Shown here: positions 1 through 12,366 of the stretch, one piece after another | How positions within the stretch are numbered: position 1 is the stretch's first letter | How the letters are laid out: every line of letters begins with the position of its first letter | Program-made: the position numbers and the translations under genes | Origin: Catajapyx aquilonaris | Taxonomy: Eukaryota | Assembly: GCA_000934665.2 (NCBI GenBank) | Contig: KZ538640.1 | Coordinates: 1-57,039 of the forward strand | Length of the DNA: 57,039 bases | Direction of reading: 5' to 3' | Notes under the pieces: generated by a model | Databases searched by the model: none | Told to the model about the DNA's origin: nothing | The model's input: only the letters and a program-made list of their open reading frames with translations

Positions 1-2361
1 GTGGGGACCGACAAATGTCCCCACAATTGGAACTGGTCCCCACAGCTACAGTAAAACCACAGACTTCCGTCCCCAGACCTTAGTCAAGACCTGATCAGAG
101 GCGTCATGATGCTTAAGGGAAGTAGCGCATAGACTCACAGGCTACTAGAAATGAAATATTCTAGAAAGGTTACTGAAAAATATAGTAATCCAAGACCAAA
201 ATAATAATTTGCACTTATTTCGCCATTTTACAGTGCCACATTTATTTAGGGGATGGGAGATGAAAACGACATCAGCCAGCTAATAGCCCTCCGTTCTGGC
301 GCAGCCATATAGTAGACTACTGCTTGCTCGAGTGGGCGTGATATGCACAGGGTAATTCAAACCGATGAAAATTTCACAAATTAGGCAAAAAATTAGGCAA
401 AAGTGCGAAAGTGGAGAGAGGGAGAGGGAGAGAGACCAGGCAGCAGCATCGAAGCGACATCCGTCGGGGGGGAAGTACAGAAGTAAGCGAGTCGCCACCC
501 AGCCCGTAACGGCAGAAATGGGAACTCCGTGGACCTGGCCTCGTCGCGTTTTTTGAATATTACGTACAAAATCCCTCGTGACCGTTTAAAAAAAAGAAGT
601 TTGCAAACATAGAAAACGCGGGCAAAATTTAGAGACCACTCCCAATGCTGTATGCCCTACGGTGCGGGAGGAGTTTCCACCACAGTCGGGTATTAATAAT
701 GCCCGAGCACTACACATGAAAAGATGCAAATTTGTAACTCACCGAAACAACACAAGGAAGGCTTAAAATGCAGAACTGCCATTCACATTTTGTTCAAAAT
801 TGAGGTCAGACTAGCTTCATACAGTCCTCAAAGATTGATGGACAATTCAGATTACTAATAAAAAATTACATCACCTATAATTTAAGTCATCCCATAAGAG
901 GTAATGTCATCTTTAGAAAACTGGCATATATCGAAATCAGTTACATAATATATATTGACTCATATCGTTTTGAATTTTAGGTCTTCAAATTATATTTCGA
1001 CTCAATAATCGACCATTCCGCTCGTTTCTTATGAAACGCATGTAAGCCCCTCGACCTCGAGACTGGGATGGCAGCAAGTGAAGGTAGGGTTATACAATTC
1101 GGCATCCTAGTCCTTCCCTGCAACGCAATCTCAAGAATTTGCTTCTGTGAACCTGAGACACTGATATTCCGATTGTAATCACCATACCACAATAAAGAAA
1201 ATTGCAGGTGTGCCCCTTTCCAGCCATTGCGACTTCTCCACCAGGTAAGGAATGCTCTGCATCCGCATTGCGCATGAAATGCACGTCAAAAAAAAGAAAG
1301 AATGCCCTGAGCATGTATCCCAACACTAATATTCGTGCGGAAGAAAAGCCGGTTGCCAAATTCAATGAAATTCTGCTCGTAAACTGCTTCCTTCAGCATG
1401 AATTTTTTCGACGACTTGCCAAAGGGAGGGCACGACCAGCATAGTAAGGTCATACGACACCTCTCCCCCACCCACTCCGGTCTTTTCCCCCCTCCACTTT
1501 CCCCCATCACCTAAAATACTAACGTTCCGGTAAATCCCCCGGAGAGTCGGCTGCACGAAATTTTTCCTCGGCTCCGTGACCCCCTGAATATTTCTCCCGC
1601 TATTTTGGCCTCCCCCTACAGGAAACCTAACAAATGTTCTGCTGTAAGCCGCTGCTATTCCTGACAGGCAGAACCTAATGGCCCAACGACTAGGAGATGG
1701 TGAGGAGGGGGTGGGTACACTGCGAGAAGAGAAGAGAGACACACGCACGGGAGGTCATGCGCATGCGCCGACGGAGATAAAGCGATATCTGTAACGCTAT
1801 CCTTCACGCCTACAAAATGTATTAGGGCTTGGAAATGGCACGAAACACTCTGATCGTGATGCCAATCCCAAAGAACGTGGGATAGGAGAGTAGCTACGAA
1901 GTGGGAATTCCAAGTTTTCCCAAGTGTCTCGACTCGGATTTCATTGCAGTGGCAGTCTAATGCACTGGATACGGGAAAAGTAGGACCTGGGACCCACATT
2001 TTCTCTCCTTCTCCCCCCCCCCCAGCCCCTTTTTTGACATTTTTGATGCATGTGGTGTGAGTTTCGGGCCCAACCTCAGCTTCTACCTGCATACATACAC
2101 CTCCAATCTGAGAATACCAGAGAAATATGTTGGTAAGAAATGTGGCGGTCTACATTGGTTGTACGCACTGGAGTGGGTCCAAGCCTAGCAAATCTGCAAA
2201 TGAGTTGACGCAAATTTGCACGTGCAAAACATGGCAAGTTGAGCCTTTGAGAGCGGTTTTGGGTAGCTTATATGTTGTACACAGTATATTTCCTACACCG
2301 CCAACTTCATAATCAAAATATTAAATATTTCAGCCTAAATTTATGAAAGTGTTTTTGACTC

Positions 2362-2397
<36 letters not shown>
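2362..2397. repeat. (AAT)n microsatellite (tail of SINE A copy 1)
   Basis: Read directly. Confidence 0.95.
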
Positions 2398-2744
2398 TTT
2401 TTTTACGTTACCCCGTGATAAGGCTGAGCCTTTTTAGGGGGTGGAATACCACCATTTCACTCCGTTTTCCTGTATTAACTTCATTCGCCGGTTCAAGGAG
2501 TCAAGGATGTAGGGTAGGGATAAGGATTTTTGGGGAGGGAACATTGGTGCAAGTGCAATGTCGGTAAAGGGGTCATGTGCTGTTCCCCAGGAGGCTAGGT
2601 TGCCAGACACCTCCTTGGTGCAGGCATGCAGGTCAGTGACCCTCCTGACGCAGGTGAAAGGAAAATTCCCCAGGCTGGGATCGAACCTGGGGCCTTTCAC
2701 TCAGCAAGCCGAGACGTTACCATCTCGGCCATCTACACCTCCCC
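2398..2744 (-). mobile_element. tRNA(Ala-like)-derived SINE, type A, copy 1
   Basis: The minus strand starts GGGGAGGTGTAGATGGCCGAGATGG (box A) and has GGTTCGATCCC (box B). The body closely matches the copies at 12509, 22418 and 48004. The 3' end CCCCTAAAAAGGCTCAGCCTTATCACGGGGTAA runs into (ATT)n. Confidence 0.9.

Positions 2745-2808
<64 letters not shown>
2745..2808. repeat. (AAT)n microsatellite
   Basis: Read directly; probably the tail of the adjacent older SINE. Confidence 0.95.
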
Positions 2809-2809
<1 letters not shown>

Positions 2810-2813
<4 letters not shown>

Positions 2814-3035
2814 CAAATTTTGTAGGCGTGTGGCCTCTTATGGGATGCTCTTTTAATTATTCCATACTTTATTAATGACTGCGCAAGATTTTGTGGGAGG
2901 AAACGAGAAAACCCACTCGAAATTTTAGAGAACCAATGAACTCTTTCCACTTGAGAATTCTTTGTCAGATCCGGGGATCGAACTCTGGATCTAAAAGGTG
3001 GTAAACTGTGACTCGAACCACGACAACGAATCACC
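2810..3035 (-). mobile_element. old degenerate SINE with V-domain-like core
   Basis: GTGGGAGGAAACGAGAAAACCCAC resembles the V-SINE core. A reverse box B (GGGGATCGAACT) lies at ~2973-2984. A related core is at ~23868-23895. Confidence 0.45.
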
Positions 3036-3067
3036 CTATATCTGAAGACATTCTGTGAGTTACTTAA

Positions 3068-3724
3068 AGGACCTGTTCAAGGTTACCCTGAGTAGCCACA
3101 CAACCCAAACGACAAAAATTAGGCTCATCTTGTAGTGTATATTCTATGCACCTAGTTTTACGTTATACCCCGCTGTGTTCGCCACTCACTGTATCTGTGA
3201 TGTGGTAGGTGGTGCTAGCTGGCGGCCTTGGTAGTTTACAAAATATGTTGCCACATGGGGCACCACATCATAATAACAGTTGTGTCCACGACAATTTATG
3301 TGGTTTTTACACCGTAAAAATGTTGTAAGAATAATAACGTTGGACAAATGCCTCGCGCGAGTGTCAAACATGCGAAATGCAACCCCCATCTTGATATGCC
3401 GCGTATGTCCAATCGTGTATCTCTCCCTCTCTTCTCTTTCTCTCTCCCCCAATCCCCCGATAAGAGAGAGAGGAGAGAGAAAGATGGATTCAAAATGGCA
3501 TTCGTTGGCAAAGCAAGGCCGAACCCTTGCTCCAATCTGTTGAAGGTCACCTGTTAGAAGCATTATTCCTTTGAATGACAATATATTAGAGTGGCTGGAC
3601 AGCAGCCATTTAGATCCAACTCCCTTGCATTGCCACGTTTCAGTGATCTGCTCCAATCTAAAGAAACGAATCATTGTGCCATGCGGATTGCTTTGCTTAG
3701 TCAGGATAACCTTGAACAGATCCT
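3068..3724. mobile_element. non-autonomous DNA transposon, Kolobok-like
   Basis: ~27 bp TIRs AGGACCTGTTCAAGGTTACCCTGAGTA and TAGTCAGGATAACCTTGAACAGATCCT, flanked by TTAA (left) and TTAT (right), with RR termini. Confidence 0.7.
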
Positions 3725-5239
3725 TTATAATTTCGTGCTACTGCAAAATAATAATCTTTCGAAAAAGCGACTAAACATTTTGATTGGATTACAAAACTTG
3801 CTAACCACTAATATCCGCGTGCATAACATGAAAGTTGAAGTTTCAGTTCCAAATAATATTACTCCATCATTAGGCATCTATCGGCTGGGATTTGTTTCAT
3901 AAAATGGCCTCCAAGTTATCCCAGTGGTAGTACATAGTGCATTAGTATGCCGGGAGGCGACAGCGAAATAGGTAGCGGGTATCGAAGCGATTTGTAGTTA
4001 ATGACCTGTATGGTCGGGCGAGCAAAACCGCAGGCGATGTGGAGGGAGGCCTCTTTGGTTTCCGATTCGAGGTCTAGAGGAGAAGGGGGGAAGTTTAGTA
4101 GCCTAGTGCAACTTCTTTGATCTTGGCTAGCCCATGTGGTCTATGTGGCTTAACCTTGAAGGAACTAGGTAGAGAATCTGGCAGGTGCTTCTCCTTCTCT
4201 GTTTCCCCAAGAGGATTTTCTCTGTCCCGTGTTGCCAACCGCAAGGAACCCACTGTATTGCACTGAAACATCCTAGAACTAGATTGTCCGTAGTCATACC
4301 GTGTAACTGACTTTTTGGGAGGTTCCGGGCGCTTGTAATGTTGCATCACACTCGATTGGATCATCGGAATGGGCTCTTGCGGGTATTTATTTTGAAGGAG
4401 GTAGAAAGGCTGCAGAGGGAGGGAGAGTGGTGCTGGTCCACAATTGAATTTTCCATGTTTGATGTCATACCTAGTTCGTAGAATCTAATCAAGTTTTAAT
4501 TGCATTGTGAAAACATTAGAATTTTCTGCTTTGTCCTCAATTCTCGAGAGACAAAATACGTAGAATAGCCAATGGAAAATTTCTCTGGAAGCCTCCGTGA
4601 CCCTTGTTATTGTTGAGACCTTTCTGGCCATGCCATTTGTGATTCTGATGTCGACAATGCGTCATTTCTAACCTATTGAAGACCACATTTCAATACGGGC
4701 CCAAGTGGGAAAACAAAATGTGTAGGAATCTGAAAAAAAAAACTGTTTATCTCTGTTGCCGATCATACTACTTAAGATGATTACATGCAATATGAATACC
4801 TGAGGTTGTTGCGAGAGGCGCACGAACACGTACAGTACACCAACGCCATTGTTAGTGGCACCTCGCCATTCATTACGGTTGTCGATCCTACATTGGTGGT
4901 AATCGGTACCACAGCATACGGTAGCGTTTGAATGGTGCGGGCGGAGATGACGTCATAATTTGATTCTAAAATTTCGGAGGCCTCGTGAGAGATAATTACG
5001 CATCGTAGGCCACTCGGACTTTCACTTCCCTATTACTGGTTGTTCCCAGGGAGTCTCGTTACGTGAAGTTCGTTGTTTCCATAGTAACGTCAATACTATG
5101 ACAACAATGGCATTCAACAATATCAATGGTGCCAGGCCTTGCGGAGAAAGGGCTTCCCCCGCTATAGGGGTGTTTTAAAACACAAAGTAGTTGGACTTTC
5201 GTTATGTATTCGTCTGCAAAATTTCAGCATTTGAATATT

Positions 5240-5415
5240 TAGCCAATAGGGGAGTCGTCAACGGCAGCCATCATGAATCTGGGCTTTGCAAACTGGCAAT
5301 GTTTAATTGGAGCCAATGGGAGCGTGTGTTTACAGTCTGCCACCATACATGGATTTGGGTCGTTTTCAATAAGAAAGGAACCAATGAGTCCTTTTCAGAC
5401 ATGTAGACTATAAGT
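5240..5415 (+). promoter_or_regulatory. LTR-U3-like promoter: three CCAAT boxes at ~70 bp spacing plus a TATA-like motif
   Basis: AGCCAATAG (5241), AGCCAATGG (5311) and AACCAATGA (5379) lie in a degenerate ~70 bp tandem unit, followed by CTATAAG at ~5408. No TSD-bounded LTR was found. Confidence 0.3.
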
Positions 5416-6503
5416 GAACGAGATGGCTTGGGGCAGCTGGGGGCAGGACTCCGGGAGTTTCATTGGGCTGAACCGACATTAGTTTACGGGGCTAGCTCCA
5501 GACTAGTCCAGTTTAGAGTGAAACTAGGGAACCGGTTAATATCCTTGAGTAGAATGTAGTGTAGCCAACTCCAGTCTACACAACAACAAAGACGAAAGAC
5601 AGAAACAAAAACTCCCTTGTTGGCCGTGTGAATCCAGCTGGATTGTCAACGGGATCAACTTTGTGATTTTAGTCTATTAACATTCCAAATCTAGCATAAT
5701 ATATATTATACGTATAGTAGCGGACATTTTTGAACACTTGTCGAGGGCGTAGGTCAAAGATTTTTGGGTCCAGTTTACACCCAGCCATAAGTATACTTTA
5801 TTTTCCACTAGGTGTCGCACTGTTCCTCAGAGGGGAACGTTCCTATGTAAGTATAAAGCATCTCCTACAGAAGCCTGTTTCGGACCCTTCTAATGTCATT
5901 TCGGCCCTTGCATTTTCTACGGTTGGGCATCCATCAGATGGAGGATGATGATATGCTGGAAAAGCTATTTCGTAAAAATTGACAGGTCGGCAATAAGGAG
6001 AAAGGGCGAATGGACCATATTTCAAAAAATGGCGAAAATTTGTATTTTATGGTGAAATCACCCACCGCAGGTTTTGGTGAAAGGACAAATGAGGGGTGTG
6101 GTGGGAAAAGGTGATAACCCACAAAAGTGTAATTTTTCAGGAGAGTGAATTGAAGTTTGCGTTCTCTTCACAAATCAAAGGAATGCTGATTTTGATCTAG
6201 TCTGTGTTGCCGTCTCGTCCATGATACGTGAACTTGGAGTATATACCAAACTATTTGTCATGTCTTTTACATTGTTGCTAGGTGTTCCGGTCAAAATGGC
6301 AAAAATGAGGGTTATCACCACACCCATCAAATGTGCACGCGGAACAGTGAGCATACAGTCATACTTGATTTGTGAGGACTAAAGAACGGATTTCTAGGTT
6401 CTTAAAAACCCTCAAATAGCTATAGGCATTTAGGTCCCGAAAACAGTCAAAATAGGCAGTGAAAGTCAAGCAGGTCTTAATTTATTTTCATTCATATGCA
6501 TTA

Positions 6504-6720
6504 CTACAGCCTACTTTTTGCCATGGAATTTTGAAGTAAGTAACAAACAAGCTGTTGTTCCATATTTCCCTTAGTTAGTCGGCGACGCCTCTCTGACAAT
6601 ATATTTTTATACACTGATGATGACCTTTCGACGTCACACGAAATAACTGGATTATACTTGAAAGGTGAAAATAATATGTCTTCTATACAGCCAGTTCATC
6701 AGGCATGTCTACAGCTTCTT
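6504..6720 (-). pseudogene. hAT-superfamily transposase C-terminal remnant
   Basis: Manual translation of 6662-6504 gives FKYNPVISCDVERSSSVYKNILSERRRRLTKGNMEQQLVCYLLQNSMAKSRL*. This matches the hAT C-terminal motif FKYAPxTSxDVERSFSxYKxILSxxR. The upstream frame is broken. Confidence 0.8.
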
Positions 6721-7628
6721 CACCTTTTGCAGGTTGAAGTGGGAGGGTTGCCTTGAACGGAAAACCCTCAAGCTCTCGAAAATCTTACGGAAGCACTGGA
6801 GTAATCATGTTCTGCTATGTCTGGGAACTTCCACTCCTTAGTCTCGACAACTGGTGTTAATTTTTCCTTCAAGGGTTCAATGGCTGAGTTATGTTATTGC
6901 ACCCATTTCAACACCGTCCTCCTATACATTGCCACACCGGGAGCTAGCCATGGCTTGCTATCAGATGTGAGAATGTGGAAACTGTTGTATTATGGGGTCA
7001 GAAATAAACACACAGGCTCGTGTTGTGTCTCTATGGCCGGCCGGTACGAGGAACTGGTCAAGGACTGGCTCGGTACCACGGTGGAGCAACAACGCGGTGC
7101 CTCCTCTCCGGCCAAAATAGCTGCTTATTCGTGAAGCCCCTCTCGAAGGCAAAATCAGCTTAGGAATCTGCCGACAGAGCGCGCGACGATCGACATTAGG
7201 TCAACCACCCAAGTAACAGTGAATAGGCCTCTCTTCTCTTCTCTAATCTTTGAGACCACAGACTCTTGACCAGGCCTAGACTCATAGACTGCTTCAGTGG
7301 AAAGTAGAGAAGTTAACACATTTACCAAAGCCTGGACCTCAGCCTCGACCTAATGTCGGCGCGAGTGCGCTCTAGCGGAGAAAATTTGAACCCGCTTTTG
7401 CCTTTCTGACGGGCTGCACAAAAAACCGGGAGAGGAGCCACCGTTCTAAATCCACCTTGCTCGGGACTGACTCGGGACCCCTGTGGGGGGCAGGGTCCGA
7501 AATTTGTGAAACCTGCATATACAGTAAGTAGCCTACATGAATGCACATGTGTCACCGGATATAGGAAAACACGGATAATCAGAAATAGGTCCTAGCTACC
7601 GTAAAACTAGCCATTCACGAGTTTTAAT

Positions 7629-7734
7629 GTACTATATCGCCCAAAAAGATAGAGACGATTTTGCATTTGACTCAAGTGCAACTTGCACTTGAATCAAATG
7701 CCAATAGTCTCTATCTTTTTGAGCGATATAGTAC
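7629..7734. repeat. near-perfect palindrome / fold-back (~52 bp arms, 1 nt loop)
   Basis: GTACTATATCGCCCAAAAAGATAGAGAC...CAAGTGCAA-C-TTGCACTTG...GTCTCTATCTTTTTGAGCGATATAGTAC. Confidence 0.9.
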
Positions 7735-8358
7735 TTCTGTGCGTAATGTATGCTGATTTGACTAAGGTTTAACTCAAATAATAAAACTTGCCATAGATTT
7801 ATAGTTTGTCTTCTATCAAAAGGCTGTCTTTGTTAGCGAGGCATTGAAATTTTTTCGGACTGTAATTATGAATTTAATTTTTTCGAGATGCCCGGATAAT
7901 CCGCACCCAGATAATCGGGAGTTCAGGGTAGGCAAATAAACACTTCTTCTAAAAGCCAGACGCTTCAAAGAAAAGTCCTTATGTTCTTGCTGTGGCAGAT
8001 AAAGAATTACATACGTATGCATAGGCATGTAGTACATGTCGGCCCTATTCAAGAAATAAAGCTGCAAATTTTTACTCGCGTACAAAGTGTACGGTACCCA
8101 ATTCAACGTTTTTTATGTCAAAAATTCCGCAACTGTATCGCACTTTACCACACGGAATAACAGGTGTTGAGATATGAAAGTTGTTTTGTACTGCTAGCAA
8201 TACCACATTTTATATCAGTAATATATAGCCCCCTGACGAGGATATAGGAGGATACAGGAGGAGGAGGGAAAAGATTTCGCACTTCCCGGCGCGGCGTCGC
8301 GTCGCGTCGCAGAGGGCTGGGAGCAAGGGGTTACTCACTCGACTGTAAAGTGCACACC

Positions 8359-8504
8359 GGAGTACCAAGTTCAAGGAGTACCAAGGAGTACCAAAGAGTA
8401 CCACGGCAGGTGTAAACCGGAGTACCGAAGTTGGAGGCTGGGAGTACCAAAGAGTACCACGGCAGGTGTAAACCGGAGTACCGAAGTGGGAGGCTGGGAG
8501 TACC
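8359..8504 (+). repeat. GAGTACC-core minisatellite with a 56 bp higher-order unit
   Basis: Nine GAGTACC copies (8360, 8376, 8386, 8396, 8420, 8442, 8452, 8476, 8498). 8386-8441 is repeated at 8442-8497. Confidence 0.9.
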
Positions 8505-9470
8505 AGCGTTGGATTCCTTACCCCAGAATTAGTAATGCCAAAAATCCTCGTAATCGCACATTTCCCAGCCGTTTTCGAGATGTAACCAAAAGTCGAATTT
8601 TGCACGTGCGACCTTGCCCATCTGCTGGTCATTAATCCCGGAGAACAATAGGCCCACCATTTCTCCGGATCCCCCTCCATCCGCTCGTACATCTGTTGAC
8701 ACCCTCTGGTCCCCACCCTACATCTCCTGTTTCACGATATGTCAGCTAGGGCGCATTCTCATAAGTCGTCGGCCCGAATGCGTTTTGATACAGGGCTCCA
8801 CATCCGGGTATTCGAACTCCACATCCGGGGATAGGGAACTTGCTAAGCGCACGGCCTTCCCTGTATGTCTAGATAGGGAGTTAGCGGGGGGTTGACGGAG
8901 ACACAGGAATTAAACTACCGTCTCCATACAGCTGGGGGGAAGTGACAGGGAGCTGGTCTATCATTATAGTCGCAGGAATCGCTCCCGGGAATCCACTGTT
9001 AGAGCCATGGTTAGAATAGAGCATCTTTGGAGCAGAGATTATAAAGTGTCTTTGGTTATGGCGCCCCCAAGCTAAGCTTCGTAGCAACTAACAGCCTCAG
9101 GAATCTCTCCCGCAAGAATCCACCTGCAGTGACTTTCCGTTCTCATTTAGCCGCCGCGCCGGCCACTCCGTACTACCGTTCCACTTCTGTACCCCTCAAA
9201 ATAGCAACTAGAATATTACAGTACCGGTAATTTAATTTAAAATCACAACTTCGGAAATATTGGATTATTATTCCAGCAATCACAGTACTTGTGTGTAGTA
9301 GCCTACCAGGTTAACGTATTATCGCCATGGTTGCAGCATTGTCAGTATGAACTTAATTCATAACTGAATGTTTAATGAATAATTCATTAATTTTTGTGAA
9401 CTCATCTAACGTAAATGATAGCAGGTCAATTTGTAATATTAATGGAACAACTACAAGCTGTAACTGATAA

Positions 9471-9715
9471 CAACAATGACAAAGCCCCAATAGGCCATCA
9501 TTATCCTGGGCACAGAGCGAGAGACGACACATTAATCCATTCTCAAAAAAGGCAATACCCCTTTTGAGGGCCCAAATTGAGAGAAAAATGCTAATTCATA
9601 ATTAGTAAGAAATATGACCAACCCAATTACCTCACCCTTTTAGTAATATAGGCAAACACAGTGGTGGTTTATCAATTTTTATGTAGCAAAAACATCGTTG
9701 GACATACGCTAAAAC
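9471..9715 (+). repeat. dispersed repeat, copy 1 (second copy at 13901-14146)
   Basis: CAACAATGACAAAG..CCAATAGGCCATCATTAT...TTTGAGGGCC.AAATTGAGA...ATGCTAATTC is collinear in both copies. Confidence 0.8.
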
Positions 9716-9993
9716 AGTGCGTTTATGCCAAACTTTGCCAACCTTAATGTTCTCACGCTTTTCAGAATTGCCGAAATTTCTGGTCTGAAGAAATCAGGCT
9801 ATGGATTCTGGGAATCCGTTCAAACGTATTGTGGAGGAGTTTCGCTGGTGGTAGGTAGTTGCCTGATTCATGGAAGCACATCCTCCTCATCCTCAGGCTA
9901 ACTTAGGTTGTGTCCATTTGGCAGTCAGCGTCCATACCTGAACAATCCGAGCTGCTGGGCTGGTACTCTGACTGTAAAGAAGTTCAGGATATT

Positions 9994-10052
9994 TTTATTT
10001 ATTTATTTATTTATCTTACCCCGTTCTGGGCCATATTGGCCCCTTTGGGGGA
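9994..10052 (-). mobile_element. extremely 5'-truncated retroposon (3' stem-loop plus (TAAA)n tail only)
   Basis: 14 bp TSD AAGTTCAGGATATT at 9980-9993 and 10053-10066. The minus-strand insert is CCCCCAAAGGGGCCAATATGGCCCAGAACGGGGTAAGA followed by (TAAA)n. Confidence 0.85.
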
Positions 10053-10374
10053 AAGTTCAGGATATTCAACTGTTCTTTGGGAGATTACTGCCGCTCATCA
10101 CCACCACCACCACCACCACCATCATCATCATCGTTATTATGTGATAAAAGCTGTGTTCACAAATATTTCCATCAATACCAATCAGAGCTCAATCTAGTAA
10201 TGCACTGACCCACATTTGTATACCTTTTAAAATGTACAATTTGGGGGTTTATTGACAATTTTCTATTGAAGTCATGAACACCTGACCGTTATTCAAGCAT
10301 GTACAGGGTCCCAAAAGTTCACTGCAACATATGCTCCAAAAGTAACTGTGCATTGCCACTTGCAGATCATCCTA

Positions 10375-10632
10375 TACACTGGTGTTGGAAATGTTCCCCC
10401 ATGAGCCTGAAGACATACAGTATCTGGATCCATATTCAATGCACCACACATAATATTCTGGAGAGTCAGGAGAATGAGCTGGCCAGATTATAAGCTGATG
10501 GAATATTATGCGTTTTCCAAAGATGTCCTCCAAGAACTGGAGTTGATTGGATTAGCCTGGTTCCAGCAGGGTGTATCTGCACATGTTTCCTCATAACTCC
10601 AGTCTCCAGTTCTTGGAAGACATCTTTGGCAA
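10375..10632 (-). pseudogene. Tc1/mariner-superfamily transposase C-terminal remnant with an internal inversion
   Basis: The minus strand reads LQFLEDIFGKRIIFHQLIIWPAHSPDSPEYYVW (cf. RIISxxxxxWPxRSPDL) and, with a frameshift, CLQAHG-EHFQH. The plus strand at 10558-10635 reads WFQQGVSAH../LQFLEDIFGNR. Confidence 0.75.
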
Positions 10633-11372
10633 TAGAAAAATCTTGCACAGAATCTGTCCTGCTCATTCTTGCTGTTTCTTAACCAATGTTTATGGTTATA
10701 ATATTATTAATATTTCTGTTATTAGTTACAACTGTAGGAACGTGCCTACAATGTTTATGAGAGGGTTAGGAAACACCAGCATGTTTATCCAAACAATCCA
10801 GTTTGGCATGTGACTGTCCCTTACTAGCACCCATCCTGTGATACCCTTCCATTGCACTTTTGATATTCTTGAGGAGGGCAGGATCGAGACAGGTAGATGA
10901 GATGATCTCTAATGTGAAAAATAAGCTTCTGTCTCAAAAGTAGGCAGATAAAGGTTTCGATTCTTACGTTTTGTGGCGATTCATCCACCTCCATGTCACA
11001 CACAGTGTCATCGTTGCTGGATGGCCCAGTGCGGTTTTGAACACTCCCATTCACGTTCCCAACATGTGTGTTTTCCTTCGCTCCTGCATTTTTGTCCAGA
11101 GTACGGCTTGGGCGTGGGCGTGGGCGTAGGGGTGGGCGTAGGGGTGTGCGGATCATTTCTCTGGTACTTGAGGGTTCTGTTTGCCAATATACGTATCTGT
11201 AAAACTAGACCAACAAAATAATGTACGAGTATGATGTGGATAATTCATATTTTTGGATCCGATAACCTGAGACTAGCCCCCCTGTCACTTCTCCCCTGGT
11301 AGTTGTATGGATACGGTAGTTTAATTCCTGTGTCTCCGCTAGGCCCTGATTTAGGCGCTGGCGGCGCTACAG

Positions 11373-11512
11373 CGTTCGCTATCCGCCATCTTTTTCAAGG
11401 TGCACTCAAGTGGTAAGTGTGCAGAAGGAAAGGAAGATCGAGCCAATCGCGGCAGACTACCCGCTACCTACCATCGGAGTTGCACCTTGAACAAGATGGC
11501 GTCATAGCGAAC
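11373..11512. mobile_element. small MITE-like inverted repeat
   Basis: GTTCGCTATCCGCCATCTTTTTCAAGGTGCA pairs with TGCACCTTGAACAAGATGGCGTCATAGCGAAC. Confidence 0.65.
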
Positions 11513-11783
11513 AATGGGACGCAGATATTACGCTACCGCATTCGAGGAGTGTCATAGGGCTGGCTGAGACTGTCAGATTGTTATAGTGCTGCTTTATAGT
11601 CGGCGCAAGCTAACAAACAAGTACGTTTGGTGGGGAAATATTTTCACGCTGTGTGTACCCTGCTGGGGTACCAACTGCGTTAGTGTAAATAATTGTAAAC
11701 AAACGATTTTCATTATTCAGGTTACAGAACATAACGCCCATCTCGTTTGAAAATAAGTGTAACATTCCCAAAGATTGCCTTAA

Positions 11784-12290
11784 AGGTGGGTTTACATGTG
11801 AGCGAAATGATCAGCGAAATGCATCGCGGCGATGCATTTCGACCGTGAATTGTAGCGGTTCTGACGTCATGACTCAAGCGATAGCGCTTAAGCATCGCCC
11901 GTGTGTTTACATGCCGGCGACGTGCATCGCCACGGCATGCCAACAGCATCGCCCGCGCAAAGGACTATCGGAAGGAGACAAAAGACGATCGGGTTGTTTA
12001 TGGCTCGAATTTTGGAATGGCGAAGAGACTCGTCCCTCGGCCTGTATCGCGAATATACTCGGCTTCTGTGTTTTTGGTGGAAAAAGGGACCCTTGGGAGT
12101 CACAGTACAGCCACCCGAATACGCCACAAGTGAGCGACGATGTCGTCGCGATCTCCTTGAGCGATGTCATCGCCGAGGCCCTCCCTTCTTAAACGCGATT
12201 GCTACTTTCGGCCCAAATCACTGCTTTCGTTAGGATTTCATCGCTGGCGATGCAAATCGCTGATCATTTCGCTCACATGTAAACCCAGCT
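11784..12290. mobile_element. PIF/Harbinger-type MITE
   Basis: ~45 bp TIRs AG(G/C)TGGGTTTACATGTGAGCGAAATGATCAGCGA(A/T)ATGCATCGC, with a TAA TSD at 11781-11783 and 12291-12293. Repeated CATCGC motifs occur internally. Confidence 0.85.
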
Positions 12291-12293
12291 TAA

Positions 12294-12366
12294 GGCCGGT
12301 ATCGACGTGCGAGTTCCTCGTATGCGAGTCCTCTTACGCGAGAAATCTTGTATGTCGAGACGGACT
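12294..12366. mobile_element. degenerate mini-MITE hairpin
   Basis: GGCCGGTATCGACGTGCGAGTTCCTCGTATGCGAG pairs imperfectly with CTCTTACGCGAGAAATCTTGTATGTCGAGACGGACT. Confidence 0.5.

Larger units (their letters stand above)
8896..11338. mobile_element. ~2.4 kb TIR-bounded degenerate DNA transposon
   Basis: ~65 bp inverted repeats: CGGAGACACAGGAATTAAACTACCGT...AGTGACAGGG at 8896-8959 and its reverse complement at 11270-11338. They enclose a Tc1/mariner remnant. Confidence 0.7.

Noticed and set aside
1090..1230. THAP-domain-like start MAGKGHTCNFLYCG on the minus strand
   Set aside because: Only CxxxxC is present; the FP, W and CxxHF motifs cannot be recovered convincingly.
6614..6645. Hammerhead-like CTGATGA...GAAA motif
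   Set aside because: It is the antisense of the hAT SCDVERSSSVY coding motif, and stems I and III are absent.
7021..7320. Solo LTR (TG...CA)
   Set aside because: No TSD, PBS or PPT, and no second copy in the window.
8359..8504. CRISPR-like repeat/spacer array
   Set aside because: The core is only 7-9 bp, the linkers are short and themselves duplicated, there are no cas genes, and the context is eukaryotic.
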